DNA of 59,512 nucleotides, taken from the NCBI GenBank assembly GCA_002314835.1, contig DCHM01000009.1, positions 1 through 59,512 of the forward strand, given 5' to 3'. Of the stretch, positions 32,698 to 41,055 are shown in pieces. The stretch comes from Clostridiales bacterium UBA1752 (GTDB lineage Bacteria; Bacillota; Clostridia; Oscillospirales; CAG-382). The position numbers were made by a program, and so were the translations under genes. The notes under the pieces were generated by a model that ran no database searches, had not been told where the DNA came from, and saw only the letters and a list, made by a program, of their open reading frames with translations. Position 1 is the stretch's first letter, and the number at the start of each line of letters is the position of its first letter.

Positions 32698-34785
32698 ATG
32701 GACATCACTGCTATTTTCGGTTCTATGGTATTTGACGAAAAAGCCATGCGCCAATACCTCCCCTCCGAGGTCGTAAATGCGATGCAAAACGTCCAAAAGC
32801 TCGGCGAACGTCTCGACCCCGAGCTCGCCGACACGGTCGCCACAGCGATGAAGGACTGGGCTATAGCCAAGGGAGCAACCCACTATTCGCACTGGTTCCA
32901 GCCCATGACTGGCACCACTGCCGAAAAGCATGACAGCTTTATCATGCCCGACGGTCACGGCGGCGTAATAACCGCATTCAGCGGCAAAGAGCTGATAAAG
33001 GGCGAGCCCGACGCTTCGTCCCTCCCATCGGGCGGTCTCAGAGCTACCTTTGAGGCTCGCGGATATACCGCGTGGGACCCTACGTCGTTTGCATTTATCA
33101 AGGACAAGACGCTGTATATACCTACCGCCTTCTGCGCCTACGGCGGCGAATCGCTCGACAAAAAGACGCCGCTTTTGCGCTCTATGGAGGCACTGCAAAA
33201 GCAGGCTATGCGCATCCTTAAGCTATTCGGCAACGAGGACGTCTCGGGCGTCCGCATCAACGTCGGTGCCGAACAGGAATATTTTTTGATAGACGAAAAA
33301 GAATACAGCCGCCGCCCCGACCTTATTATTTCGGGACACACGCTTTTTGGTGCCAACGCGCCCAAGGGGCAAGAGCTTGACGACCATTATTTCGGCAATA
33401 TCAAGCCCTGCGTAAAGCAGTTTATGGAGGAGCTTGACGAGGAGCTGTGGAAGCTCGGAGTGCTCGCAAAGACCGAGCACAACGAGACCGCGCCCGGTCA
33501 GCACGAGCTGGCACCCGTCTATACGACGGTCAACGTCGCCTGCGACCACAACCAGCTCATGATGGAGCTGATGCAAAACATCGCTCGCCGTCACGGCATG
33601 GTTTGTCTGTTGCACGAAAAGCCCTTCTCCGGCATCAACGGCTCGGGCAAGCACATCAACTGGTCTATGTCAACCGATACGGGAGTAAACCTGCTCTCGC
33701 CCGGCGACACGCCTTATACCAACGCACAGTTTTTGCTGTTTTTGACCGCGGTTATCAGAGCGGTTGACGATTATCAGGACGCACTGCGCATTTCGGTCGC
33801 CTCGGCAGGCAACGACAACCGCCTCGGCGCCTGCGAAGCGCCTCCTGCCATACTTTCGGTCTATATCGGTGACGAGCTTACCAAGGTGCTCGAGGCCATC
33901 GAGAGCGAAAAAGACTATTCGGCAGGTCAAAAGGAGCTGCTCAGAGTAGGCGTTCACGCACTCCCCCGCATACCAAAGGACACCACAGACCGCAACCGCA
34001 CGTCGCCGTTTGCTTTTACGGGCAACAAATTTGAGTTCCGTATGCTCGGCTCGTCGGCGTCGATATCCGACTCCTGCACGGTCATCAATACCGCCGTCGC
34101 ACAGGAGCTCAAACGCTATGCCGACGCGCTCGAAATCAGCCGTTCATTCGAGGCTGACCTGCACGAAATCATCGCCGATACCGTCGCAAACCACCGCCGC
34201 ATACTCTTTGGCGGCAACTGCTACGGCGCAGAGTGGGAAGCCCGTGCCGCAGAGCTCGGACTGTCCAACCTCAAAACGACACCCGACGCGCTTTCGCACA
34301 TGTGCGACCGCAAAAATATAGAGCTTTTTACCTCAAACGGCGTTTTGACAGAGGTGGAATTGCGTTCGAGATGCGAAATCATGCTCGACAACTACTGCAA
34401 GATTACGCTCATCGACGCGCTCACCATGCTACAGATGGCAAAGACGCAGATTATGCCTGCTATAAACCGCTATATCGGCGACCTCGCCGACACGGCTATC
34501 AAGCTCCGCACGGTGGACGCAAAGTTAGATAGCAGTTATCAGTCCGAAACGCTTGCTACGCTCTGTGACCTCGCCTCCAAGGCGACCAAGGCAATAGCCG
34601 AGCTCGAGGCTTCGGTAAGCGAAGCTCACGCCGCCACAAAGCAATCCTCGGCTTCGGTCTGCCGCGACCGCGTACTGCCTGCAATGCACAAGCTGCGAGC
34701 CGCGATAGACGCTTCGCAAAAGATTACGGACAAGCAATACTGGCCTTATCCCGGCTACGACGAGCTGATGCTGTCGGTCAGATAA
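32698..34785 (+). CDS. glnN: Glutamine synthetase type III
   Basis: 695 aa. It has the GlnN-type N-terminus (FGSMVFDEKAMRQYLP), a catalytic region (AEQEYFLID...HNETAPGQHELA) and NGSGKHINWS. Confidence 0.93.
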   Translation: MDITAIFGSMVFDEKAMRQYLPSEVVNAMQNVQKLGERLDPELADTVATAMKDWAIAKGATHYSHWFQPMTGTTAEKHDSFIMPDGHGGVITAFSGKELIKGEPDASSLPSGGLRATFEARGYTAWDPTSFAFIKDKTLYIPTAFCAYGGESLDKKTPLLRSMEALQKQAMRILKLFGNEDVSGVRINVGAEQEYFLIDEKEYSRRPDLIISGHTLFGANAPKGQELDDHYFGNIKPCVKQFMEELDEELWKLGVLAKTEHNETAPGQHELAPVYTTVNVACDHNQLMMELMQNIARRHGMVCLLHEKPFSGINGSGKHINWSMSTDTGVNLLSPGDTPYTNAQFLLFLTAVIRAVDDYQDALRISVASAGNDNRLGACEAPPAILSVYIGDELTKVLEAIESEKDYSAGQKELLRVGVHALPRIPKDTTDRNRTSPFAFTGNKFEFRMLGSSASISDSCTVINTAVAQELKRYADALEISRSFEADLHEIIADTVANHRRILFGGNCYGAEWEARAAELGLSNLKTTPDALSHMCDRKNIELFTSNGVLTEVELRSRCEIMLDNYCKITLIDALTMLQMAKTQIMPAINRYIGDLADTAIKLRTVDAKLDSSYQSETLATLCDLASKATKAIAELEASVSEAHAATKQSSASVCRDRVLPAMHKLRAAIDASQKITDKQYWPYPGYDELMLSVR

Positions 34786-34798
34786 GGCGGAGGCAATT

Positions 34799-36169
34799 AT
34801 GAATCAACTCAAAGGCACAAAGCCGGACACTAAGGGCTTTATCAAATTCGTCGCCGAGGGACGCAAAAAAGGTCTGCACCCACGCTCACTGCGCTTTTAT
34901 AAAGACGGCGAAACCGTGCTTTCAGCCGATTTTGCGCCCTACAAGGACACCGACGCCATGCAGGTTTACTCGCTGTCAAAATCCTTCACCAGCGCCTGCG
35001 TAGGCGTTGCCGTGGGCGACGGACTGCTGACTACGGACACAAAAATCGTGGATATTTTCCCGACGGACGCGCCGCAAAACCCGTCCGAAAGGCTGTCAAA
35101 AATGACGCTCTCAGACGTGCTTTCGATGCAGACGGGACACGAAAAATGCCACCTCGACAGGATGATAGCGTCTCGTAGCTCGATTAAGACCTTCCTCGAG
35201 CAGGATACGGTTTACGAGCCGGGCACGACCTTCGTTTACAGCACCGGCGGCACCATGATGGCAGGCGCGGCAGTCACCGCAGTCACGGGCGTACCGCTCG
35301 ACCAATATCTGTACGAACGCATTTTCAAGCCGCTCGGACTGCAAAAGCCCTTGTGGGACAAGTCACCCGACGGCATCTGCTACGGTGGCGTGGGACTGCA
35401 CGTCACGGCAGACGAGATTCTCGAGTTTGCAAAGCTGCTGCTCGACGGCGGCAGAGGCATAATACCCGAGAGCTATATTAAAGAAGCAACTAAGGCGCAC
35501 TCCGTCGATGCCAACAACGGCTCGCCCGACTGGATAGCCGGCTACGGTTATCAATTCTGGATGAATGACAAGGGCGGTTACCGCGGCGACGGCGCATTCG
35601 GTCAGCTCATGTGCATCTGGCCCCAAAAGCACTGCTGTGCAGTCCTGCTCGCTCAGGCGATGAATATGCAGGACGAGCTCGACGTGCTCTGCGATTTTGT
35701 CAACAACTACGCCCACGACGAGTCGAGGCTCGGCGAGGCAAACGAGCTGCTTAACACCTATTACGCACCCCAAAAAGGCGAGCCTGCCAAGGCACTTTCG
35801 CTCAGGATGGAGCAAAACCCCTGCCGCCTGCAGAGGCTATGCCTCGTCCCTGACGGCGACAGACTAAACGTAGAGCTTTGGTGCGACCACGGCAAGCAGA
35901 CGATAGTCTGCGGCAACGGCGAATACGTGTATAACGCCGTTTCGCTCGTCAATATGCTGCCGTGCATAATCCCTCTGCACGAGGGCGACCGCCCCGAGCC
36001 AAACAACGTCTATGCGTCGTACTACACCTGCGGCGACGTTACGACGGTAACCCTCGCCCACGCAGACCAGCCGCATACGCAGACGTGGACGATAGACAAG
36101 AGCGGACTGAAAATGTCGGTGTACGTCGGCTATATGTATGCTACCGAAATTAAAGGCATAATGGAATGA
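34799..36169 (+). CDS. Serine hydrolase (beta-lactamase/class C-like family)
   Basis: SxxK motif YSLSKSFTS, with length and layout typical of the family. Confidence 0.8.
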   Translation: MNQLKGTKPDTKGFIKFVAEGRKKGLHPRSLRFYKDGETVLSADFAPYKDTDAMQVYSLSKSFTSACVGVAVGDGLLTTDTKIVDIFPTDAPQNPSERLSKMTLSDVLSMQTGHEKCHLDRMIASRSSIKTFLEQDTVYEPGTTFVYSTGGTMMAGAAVTAVTGVPLDQYLYERIFKPLGLQKPLWDKSPDGICYGGVGLHVTADEILEFAKLLLDGGRGIIPESYIKEATKAHSVDANNGSPDWIAGYGYQFWMNDKGGYRGDGAFGQLMCIWPQKHCCAVLLAQAMNMQDELDVLCDFVNNYAHDESRLGEANELLNTYYAPQKGEPAKALSLRMEQNPCRLQRLCLVPDGDRLNVELWCDHGKQTIVCGNGEYVYNAVSLVNMLPCIIPLHEGDRPEPNNVYASYYTCGDVTTVTLAHADQPHTQTWTIDKSGLKMSVYVGYMYATEIKGIME

Positions 36170-36174
36170 AATCG

Positions 36175-36205
36175 AGGCTTTGCGCAAGCAAAGCTTCTTT
36201 TTTTA
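36175..36205 (+). terminator. Rho-independent terminator
   Basis: Stem GCTTTGC/GCAAAGC followed by a T-run. Confidence 0.8.
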
Positions 36206-36308
36206 TTAAAACAAGTGCGTATGCGCTTTTTGGGCCGACGAACAGACAGTTCTGTATGTTAGTCTTTATAACTCTAAGTTTTAATATTTGTTTTATCTTT
36301 ATATTTAG

Positions 36309-36411
36309 GTTCCCAAAAGAGGAAGACGGTATTACACTAAAAAGGGAAGACAGTACCACCCTAAAAGCGGAATACCGCAGTCTGCTTTTGGGAATGCCTT
36401 ATTCCCTTTTT
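36309..36411 (+). other. Candidate structured small RNA or decayed tandem repeat ending in a terminator hairpin
   Basis: 10-bp closing stem TTCCCAAAAG/CTTTTGGGAA. GGA motifs are spaced about 24 nt apart. Hairpin GGGAAT/ATTCCC followed by TTTTT at 36390-36411. No convincing ORF. Confidence 0.3.
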
Positions 36412-36466
36412 GAAAAGGATATCCACATTAAGGCGCGTTACTTAACCTAAGCAACACGCCCCTTTG

Positions 36467-37498
36467 TTACTTTACTCTCTTTTTGGTTTGCTCGCAGATT
36501 TCCTCGGCGATTTCGGACGAAACGCCCTCTGCGTAGATTCGATATCCGCCGACGTCGGGTATCACACAGACGCTGCCGCCTCGGTAATTGATGCGCACGC
36601 CGCTTTCACCGAGCACTGACGGCAAAACGTCGGTTGAAACGTATTGCTCGGCGGCGTATATCCTCGGCAGCCCCTGCAACACCTCTCCCGAGGTCATGCC
36701 CGTCAAGGCGAGGTTCTTTTCTGCCGTCAAAACGAGCAACGCCGCGTCGTCTGTAAACGGCTCTATGTCACGGTCACTCAGCACCACCTGCACGCCCTTT
36801 GAACGCAAAAATGCAGTCACTCCCTGCGGAGTATAGCGAGGCAGACAGACCGTGTGCCTGCCGTTACAGCAGAGTAAAACCAATTGCCAGTACCCTATCA
36901 CTCCGCCGGTTTCGTCGGTGTAATACGCCCTCCTGCCGCCTGCCGTGGCGGTATAACCGTATCCGCGATAAGCCGTCGCCGCACCCAAGCTCTCGGCAAG
37001 ACTGCTGATTTCAGCCTCGGTCCTGCCTCTGTCGGCAAACGGAACGTAGCAATCGTCGAGACTGCATACCGACGCCATAACGGCGGCTTTGTAGTCGTCC
37101 CTGTACTCCTTTTGGAGTATGGCGCCACCCTTTTGGGCGTGAATATCACAGCTCTGAGCGCGTTTTACCGCAGTGAGCTGTCTGCGGCTGAGATAGCCGT
37201 AGCCCCCGAGCAGATACACCCTGCATTCACTCGTTACAAACGCCATACAGCACAGTCCGTCGCGCTTTGCCGCAAACTGTGCGTGTGCAAACCTGCCCTC
37301 GCCGTAAACGCTCACGCTGCAGCCGACCTTGGCGGCACCCATGGCGATATTTGCCGCCGCTTCGCTCTTGTTATAGCTCATAACGCCTACTTTGGGCGCG
37401 AGCCCGAGCACCGAAAGCGCACGCCCGAGCGCCTCTGCCTCAAATCCACTTAGGCGGCCGCTCACTCCGCCGTAATCGTATTCAATCACCGTCATCAC
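36467..37498 (-). CDS. Hypothetical protein, possibly a degenerate phosphohexomutase-like fold
   Basis: 343-aa ORF with good coding character. GGVSGRL...KVGV...CMAFVTSE...YTDETGGVIGYWQLVLL loosely parallels GlmM/PGM blocks but lacks TASHNP and DGDGDR. Confidence 0.5.
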   Translation of the reverse strand: MMTVIEYDYGGVSGRLSGFEAEALGRALSVLGLAPKVGVMSYNKSEAAANIAMGAAKVGCSVSVYGEGRFAHAQFAAKRDGLCCMAFVTSECRVYLLGGYGYLSRRQLTAVKRAQSCDIHAQKGGAILQKEYRDDYKAAVMASVCSLDDCYVPFADRGRTEAEISSLAESLGAATAYRGYGYTATAGGRRAYYTDETGGVIGYWQLVLLCCNGRHTVCLPRYTPQGVTAFLRSKGVQVVLSDRDIEPFTDDAALLVLTAEKNLALTGMTSGEVLQGLPRIYAAEQYVSTDVLPSVLGESGVRINYRGGSVCVIPDVGGYRIYAEGVSSEIAEEICEQTKKRVK

Positions 37499-37549
37499 TC
37501 CTTACGGGTTTATTTTGTCTTAATAATCACAAAAATATACAATACATCA

Positions 37550-37578
37550 TTGACAAAACGGTATAAAAAAATTATAAT
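37550..37578 (+). promoter_or_regulatory. Consensus promoter
   Basis: TTGACA, 17 nt, TATAAT. Confidence 0.6.
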
Positions 37579-37609
37579 TACAAAGGATAACTTTTGGGAG
37601 TGGTGTTTG

Positions 37610-38113
37610 ATGTTTTTTGACGAGCTGGCACGCCTTGCACCGTCCGCGGTGGCAATAGGCGATTTTGACGGCGTGCACATAGGTCACGCCGCGATAATTG
37701 CACATCTTTGCGACTATGCCGAAGGTCACGGGCTGACACCCGTAGCCCTTACCTTTGACGTCAATACCAAACACAGCAAAGCACTCACAGGCTCCGACAA
37801 AAAGCGCGACCTGCTCATCTCCTGCGGTGCAGGCGCAGTCGTCACGGCACCGTTTGCCGAGCTTAAAGATATACCTGCCGAGGAGTTTGCATCAAGGCTT
37901 GCCGAGTGCGGTGTCAAAGCCGCCGTATGCGGAGAGGATTTCAGGTTCGGCAAGGGAGCTCTCGGCGACGTAAAGGTTTTGGCAAACGCGGGCATTGAGG
38001 CCGTCGTTTTGCCGCCTATAAAAGCATTGGGCGACAAGGTTAGCTCCACTCGCATCAGACACGCCGTAGCCGAGGGTGACGATACGCTCGTCTCTCTGCT
38101 GCTCGGCAGATAA
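37610..38113 (+). CDS. FAD synthetase (FMN adenylyltransferase) domain only, no riboflavin kinase domain
   Basis: AIGDFDGVHIGHAAII, GEDFRFG and SSTRIRHAV. The protein ends at LLGR, where the kinase domain of bifunctional RibF would begin. Confidence 0.8.
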   Translation: MFFDELARLAPSAVAIGDFDGVHIGHAAIIAHLCDYAEGHGLTPVALTFDVNTKHSKALTGSDKKRDLLISCGAGAVVTAPFAELKDIPAEEFASRLAECGVKAAVCGEDFRFGKGALGDVKVLANAGIEAVVLPPIKALGDKVSSTRIRHAVAEGDDTLVSLLLGR

Positions 38114-38125
38114 GGATATATTATT

Positions 38126-39598
38126 ATGAAACGTCTGTCTGCACTTATACTGTGCATCACAATACTCATATTGCCGCTGTCTGCGTTTGCCGACGAAACG
38201 AGCGAGCAAACCTACACCGACGCTCCTGCACTAACGAGCGACAACGCCGTGGCGATAGTCAACGTCGATAATCGCCAGCTTGTATTTTCAAACCGCGAAA
38301 CCGAGGCTTTTGCCCCCACCGCATCAACCAAGCTCACCGCGATGATGGTCGTCTGGGACCTGCTCGCAAAGCACGACGTGCCTGTTTCGACCGAAATAAC
38401 CATCGCACAGCCTGCACTCAAAAACATCGGCTCGCAGGGCGACATTTCCACTCCGAGACTCGGACTTTCGCCCGACTCGGTTTACACAATCGAGGATATG
38501 ATTTCGGCTTCGCTCGTCGCCAACGCCAACGACGCCTGCTCGGCACTCTGCTACTATTGCGCCACCGAGCTTATGGGCGGCACGATGCAGGATTTCATCG
38601 CGCTGATGAACGCCAAGGCGCAGGAATGCGGCGCCACAAACACGGTTTACCGCAACTGCACGGGTCTCGCCGACGATGCGGCATATACCAACGTAATAGA
38701 TACCGCGATGATAACGGCACAGTTTTTTACTTATACCGATATGGTTAATCTCACTAACAAGCCGTATTTCCGTCTCGCAGGCAAGAGCACCGTTCACAAC
38801 AAAAATTACCTCATGTCGAGCCAGCTGATAGTAGGCTACCAGATGAAGCAGGCTATCGGTCTGATAGCAGGTCAAAACACCGCAAACGGCGATTATTGCC
38901 TCATCACGGCGGCCAAATCGAGCGACGACCTCACCTACGTCTTTGTCGTAATGGGCGCGAGCGGCGAAATCCGCAAGAGCGACGGCACGAGAGAGTTTGA
39001 GGCAGACAACGCCTACGACGATATGAAGGTGCTGATACCTTGGGCAACCACGAGCTTTAGTATGCGTTCTCTGACTGCAAAGGACGCCATAGTCACCGAG
39101 GTCAAGGTCAACCTCGGCAAAAACTACGACTACGTACAGCTCGTCACCTCCGAGAGCCTCGAAATGCTGATAAACCGCGCCGTTCCCGACGAATTGATTA
39201 CTAAGACGGTCATATTTGACGAAGCGGTTTACGACGGCGACTATAACGGCACTACAGCCAAGATGGTTGACGCCCCTATCGAAAAAAACCAGCAGCTCGG
39301 CAGGCTCGTATTCCTCTACGAGGGCATTGTGCTCGGCGAGGTGCCGCTCGTCACTACCGGCTCGATAGAAGCCTCGGGCCTCGTCAACTTTATCGGCACG
39401 GCGAGAGAACTGCTGTTTTCGAGTGCGGTGACTACGGTTATCAAGCTGATTTTGGCGGTCATAATAGGCTTTGCGGTCATTTCTTTCGTATTTTTTATCA
39501 TTCGCGCCATATCCGCATCAAAGCGCAAAAAAGAGCAGCAGACCTATATTTCGCGCCGCAAAGACGCCAAAAAGTCGGACGATAATAGTCAAACTTAA
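38126..39598 (+). CDS. D-alanyl-D-alanine carboxypeptidase (S11/PBP5)-like protein with degenerate catalytic motifs
   Basis: Signal peptide, a PBP5-like fold and a C-terminal TM segment with a Lys-rich tail. Motifs read ASTK (not SxxK), NAND (not SGND) and LIAG (not KTG). Confidence 0.8.
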   Translation: MKRLSALILCITILILPLSAFADETSEQTYTDAPALTSDNAVAIVNVDNRQLVFSNRETEAFAPTASTKLTAMMVVWDLLAKHDVPVSTEITIAQPALKNIGSQGDISTPRLGLSPDSVYTIEDMISASLVANANDACSALCYYCATELMGGTMQDFIALMNAKAQECGATNTVYRNCTGLADDAAYTNVIDTAMITAQFFTYTDMVNLTNKPYFRLAGKSTVHNKNYLMSSQLIVGYQMKQAIGLIAGQNTANGDYCLITAAKSSDDLTYVFVVMGASGEIRKSDGTREFEADNAYDDMKVLIPWATTSFSMRSLTAKDAIVTEVKVNLGKNYDYVQLVTSESLEMLINRAVPDELITKTVIFDEAVYDGDYNGTTAKMVDAPIEKNQQLGRLVFLYEGIVLGEVPLVTTGSIEASGLVNFIGTARELLFSSAVTTVIKLILAVIIGFAVISFVFFIIRAISASKRKKEQQTYISRRKDAKKSDDNSQT

Positions 39599-39617
39599 AA
39601 AAAGTGTAAAAAAACTC

Positions 39618-39646
39618 TTGCAAAATGGGGCTTTGTATGATATAGT
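39618..39646 (+). promoter_or_regulatory. Candidate promoter (extended -10)
   Basis: TTGCAA, 17 nt ending in TGa, TATAGT. Confidence 0.6.
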
Positions 39647-39690
39647 ACCCTATGCGACTGTTTATGTTTTATAATTTTTGGAGGAATAAT

Positions 39691-40080
39691 ATGAATACTC
39701 TCGAACTCATTATCGGCATCGTAGTACTCGTTATATCGGTAGTACTCGTCGTCGTTATCTCTATGCAGCAGGGCAAGCACAACGGACTTTCCGGTGCTAT
39801 CATGGGACAAACCGATACCTATTTCGGCAAAAATAAGTCCATGACCAAGTCTCAGCTCCTCAACAGAGTCACTCTGATTCTCGCTATTGCACTCGCAGTG
39901 CTCATCCTCGCTCTTAACATCGTCAGCGGTCTCAAGGACAACGGTTCTACCACCAGCACCACCTCGACTACTTCGACCACCAGCACCGAAGCAAGCGCAG
40001 AGGCAAGCGCAGAGGCAAGCACCGAGGCTGAATCGACAGAATCCGTCGAATCCGAAGCTGCCGAATCCGACGCCGAGTAA
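39691..40080 (+). CDS. secG: Preprotein translocase subunit SecG with a long Ser/Thr/Glu/Ala low-complexity tail
   Basis: MNTLELIIGIVVLVISVVLVVVISMQQGKHNGLSG is a typical SecG N-terminus with two TM segments, followed by a tail TSTTSTTSTTSTEASAEASAEAS... RBS GGAGGA. Confidence 0.8.
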   Translation: MNTLELIIGIVVLVISVVLVVVISMQQGKHNGLSGAIMGQTDTYFGKNKSMTKSQLLNRVTLILAIALAVLILALNIVSGLKDNGSTTSTTSTTSTTSTEASAEASAEASTEAESTESVESEAAESDAE

Positions 40081-40100
40081 TTAACTCACAATCAAAAGCT

Positions 40101-40140
40101 AAAAGCAATACCCACCTATTGAGGCGGATATTGCTTTTTG
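40101..40140. terminator. Bidirectional terminator between secG and dapA
   Basis: 10-bp stem AAAAGCAATA/TATTGCTTTT. Confidence 0.65.
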
Positions 40141-40142
40141 TT

Positions 40143-40979
40143 TTATTTCATTTTGACCATCGGCAGGCGCAGCTCGTTAACTATCATACCTCTGTCCGCC
40201 ATCAGCTTTTTTATCGGAGCGGGGTTTACTCCCTTTGAAAGCTCGCGGATTGTGGGGTACAGCGCCCTAAACTCACTCGCCGCCCTCAGATGATTGCCAC
40301 CCAAATAAGAGTAGCATATCCGTCCGACTGCCTTTGGCTCGACGTTGGCGACTACGCTTATCACTCCGCAGGCTCCGAGCGACAGCTCGGGCAGCAGCAT
40401 ATCGTCGTTGCCGCAATACATATCGAGCTTGCCCGAGACGAGATAAGCCGTTTCCGCAAAGGCGCCTATGTCGCGTCCTGCCTCTTTTACGGCGGCTACG
40501 TTGTCGATTTCGGCGAGCATTTGATATTCGCTCGGGGTTATGTTCATGCCGGTTCGCGAAGGCACGTTGTAAATGATAATCGGTATCTTTACCGCGCTTG
40601 CTATCGCCTCAAAATGGGCGTACAACCCCTCGGACGAGCATTTGTTATAGTATGGAGTGACGCACAAAAGCGCGTCGGCGCCTACGCTTTCGGCGTTTTT
40701 TGCGAGCAGGACAGCCGCCCTTGTGTTGTTACTGCCTGCGCCTGCGATTATCGGCACGCGTCCCCTGCCCTGCGTCACCGCAAAGGCGACGAGCTCCTTT
40801 TGCTCGTCGTAAGTCAGCGTCGCCGATTCGCCCGTGGTGCCGCAGACCACGAGCGCGTCCGCACCGCCCGTCAGCTGATAATCTATCAGCCTGCCGTAGC
40901 TGAGCCAATCTATACTGCCGCCGTCAAACGGCGTGACGAGTGCCGTAGCGCACCCGACAAAAACGGTTTGTTTTTTCAT
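40143..40979 (-). CDS. dapA: 4-hydroxy-tetrahydrodipicolinate synthase
   Basis: GTTGESATLT, an AVKEA Schiff-base lysine region and YNVPSRTG. Confidence 0.9.
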   Translation of the reverse strand: MKKQTVFVGCATALVTPFDGGSIDWLSYGRLIDYQLTGGADALVVCGTTGESATLTYDEQKELVAFAVTQGRGRVPIIAGAGSNNTRAAVLLAKNAESVGADALLCVTPYYNKCSSEGLYAHFEAIASAVKIPIIIYNVPSRTGMNITPSEYQMLAEIDNVAAVKEAGRDIGAFAETAYLVSGKLDMYCGNDDMLLPELSLGACGVISVVANVEPKAVGRICYSYLGGNHLRAASEFRALYPTIRELSKGVNPAPIKKLMADRGMIVNELRLPMVKMK

Positions 40980-40991
40980 GATAATTTCCGC

Positions 40992-41020
40992 TTGTAATAT
41001 TGTAATATTTGTGGTATAAT
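40992..41020 (+). promoter_or_regulatory. Candidate queA promoter (extended -10)
   Basis: TTGTAA, 17 nt ending in TGg, TATAAT. Confidence 0.55.
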
Positions 41021-41055
41021 CTATTTTGTATCAGTATATATAATCAATCGCGCAA

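Noticed and set aside
36166-36450. 94-aa ORF spanning the convergent intergenic region
   Set aside because: It starts inside the stop region of the upstream gene, runs through a strong terminator hairpin and has no RBS. Its apparent internal repeat simply translates the DNA repeat.
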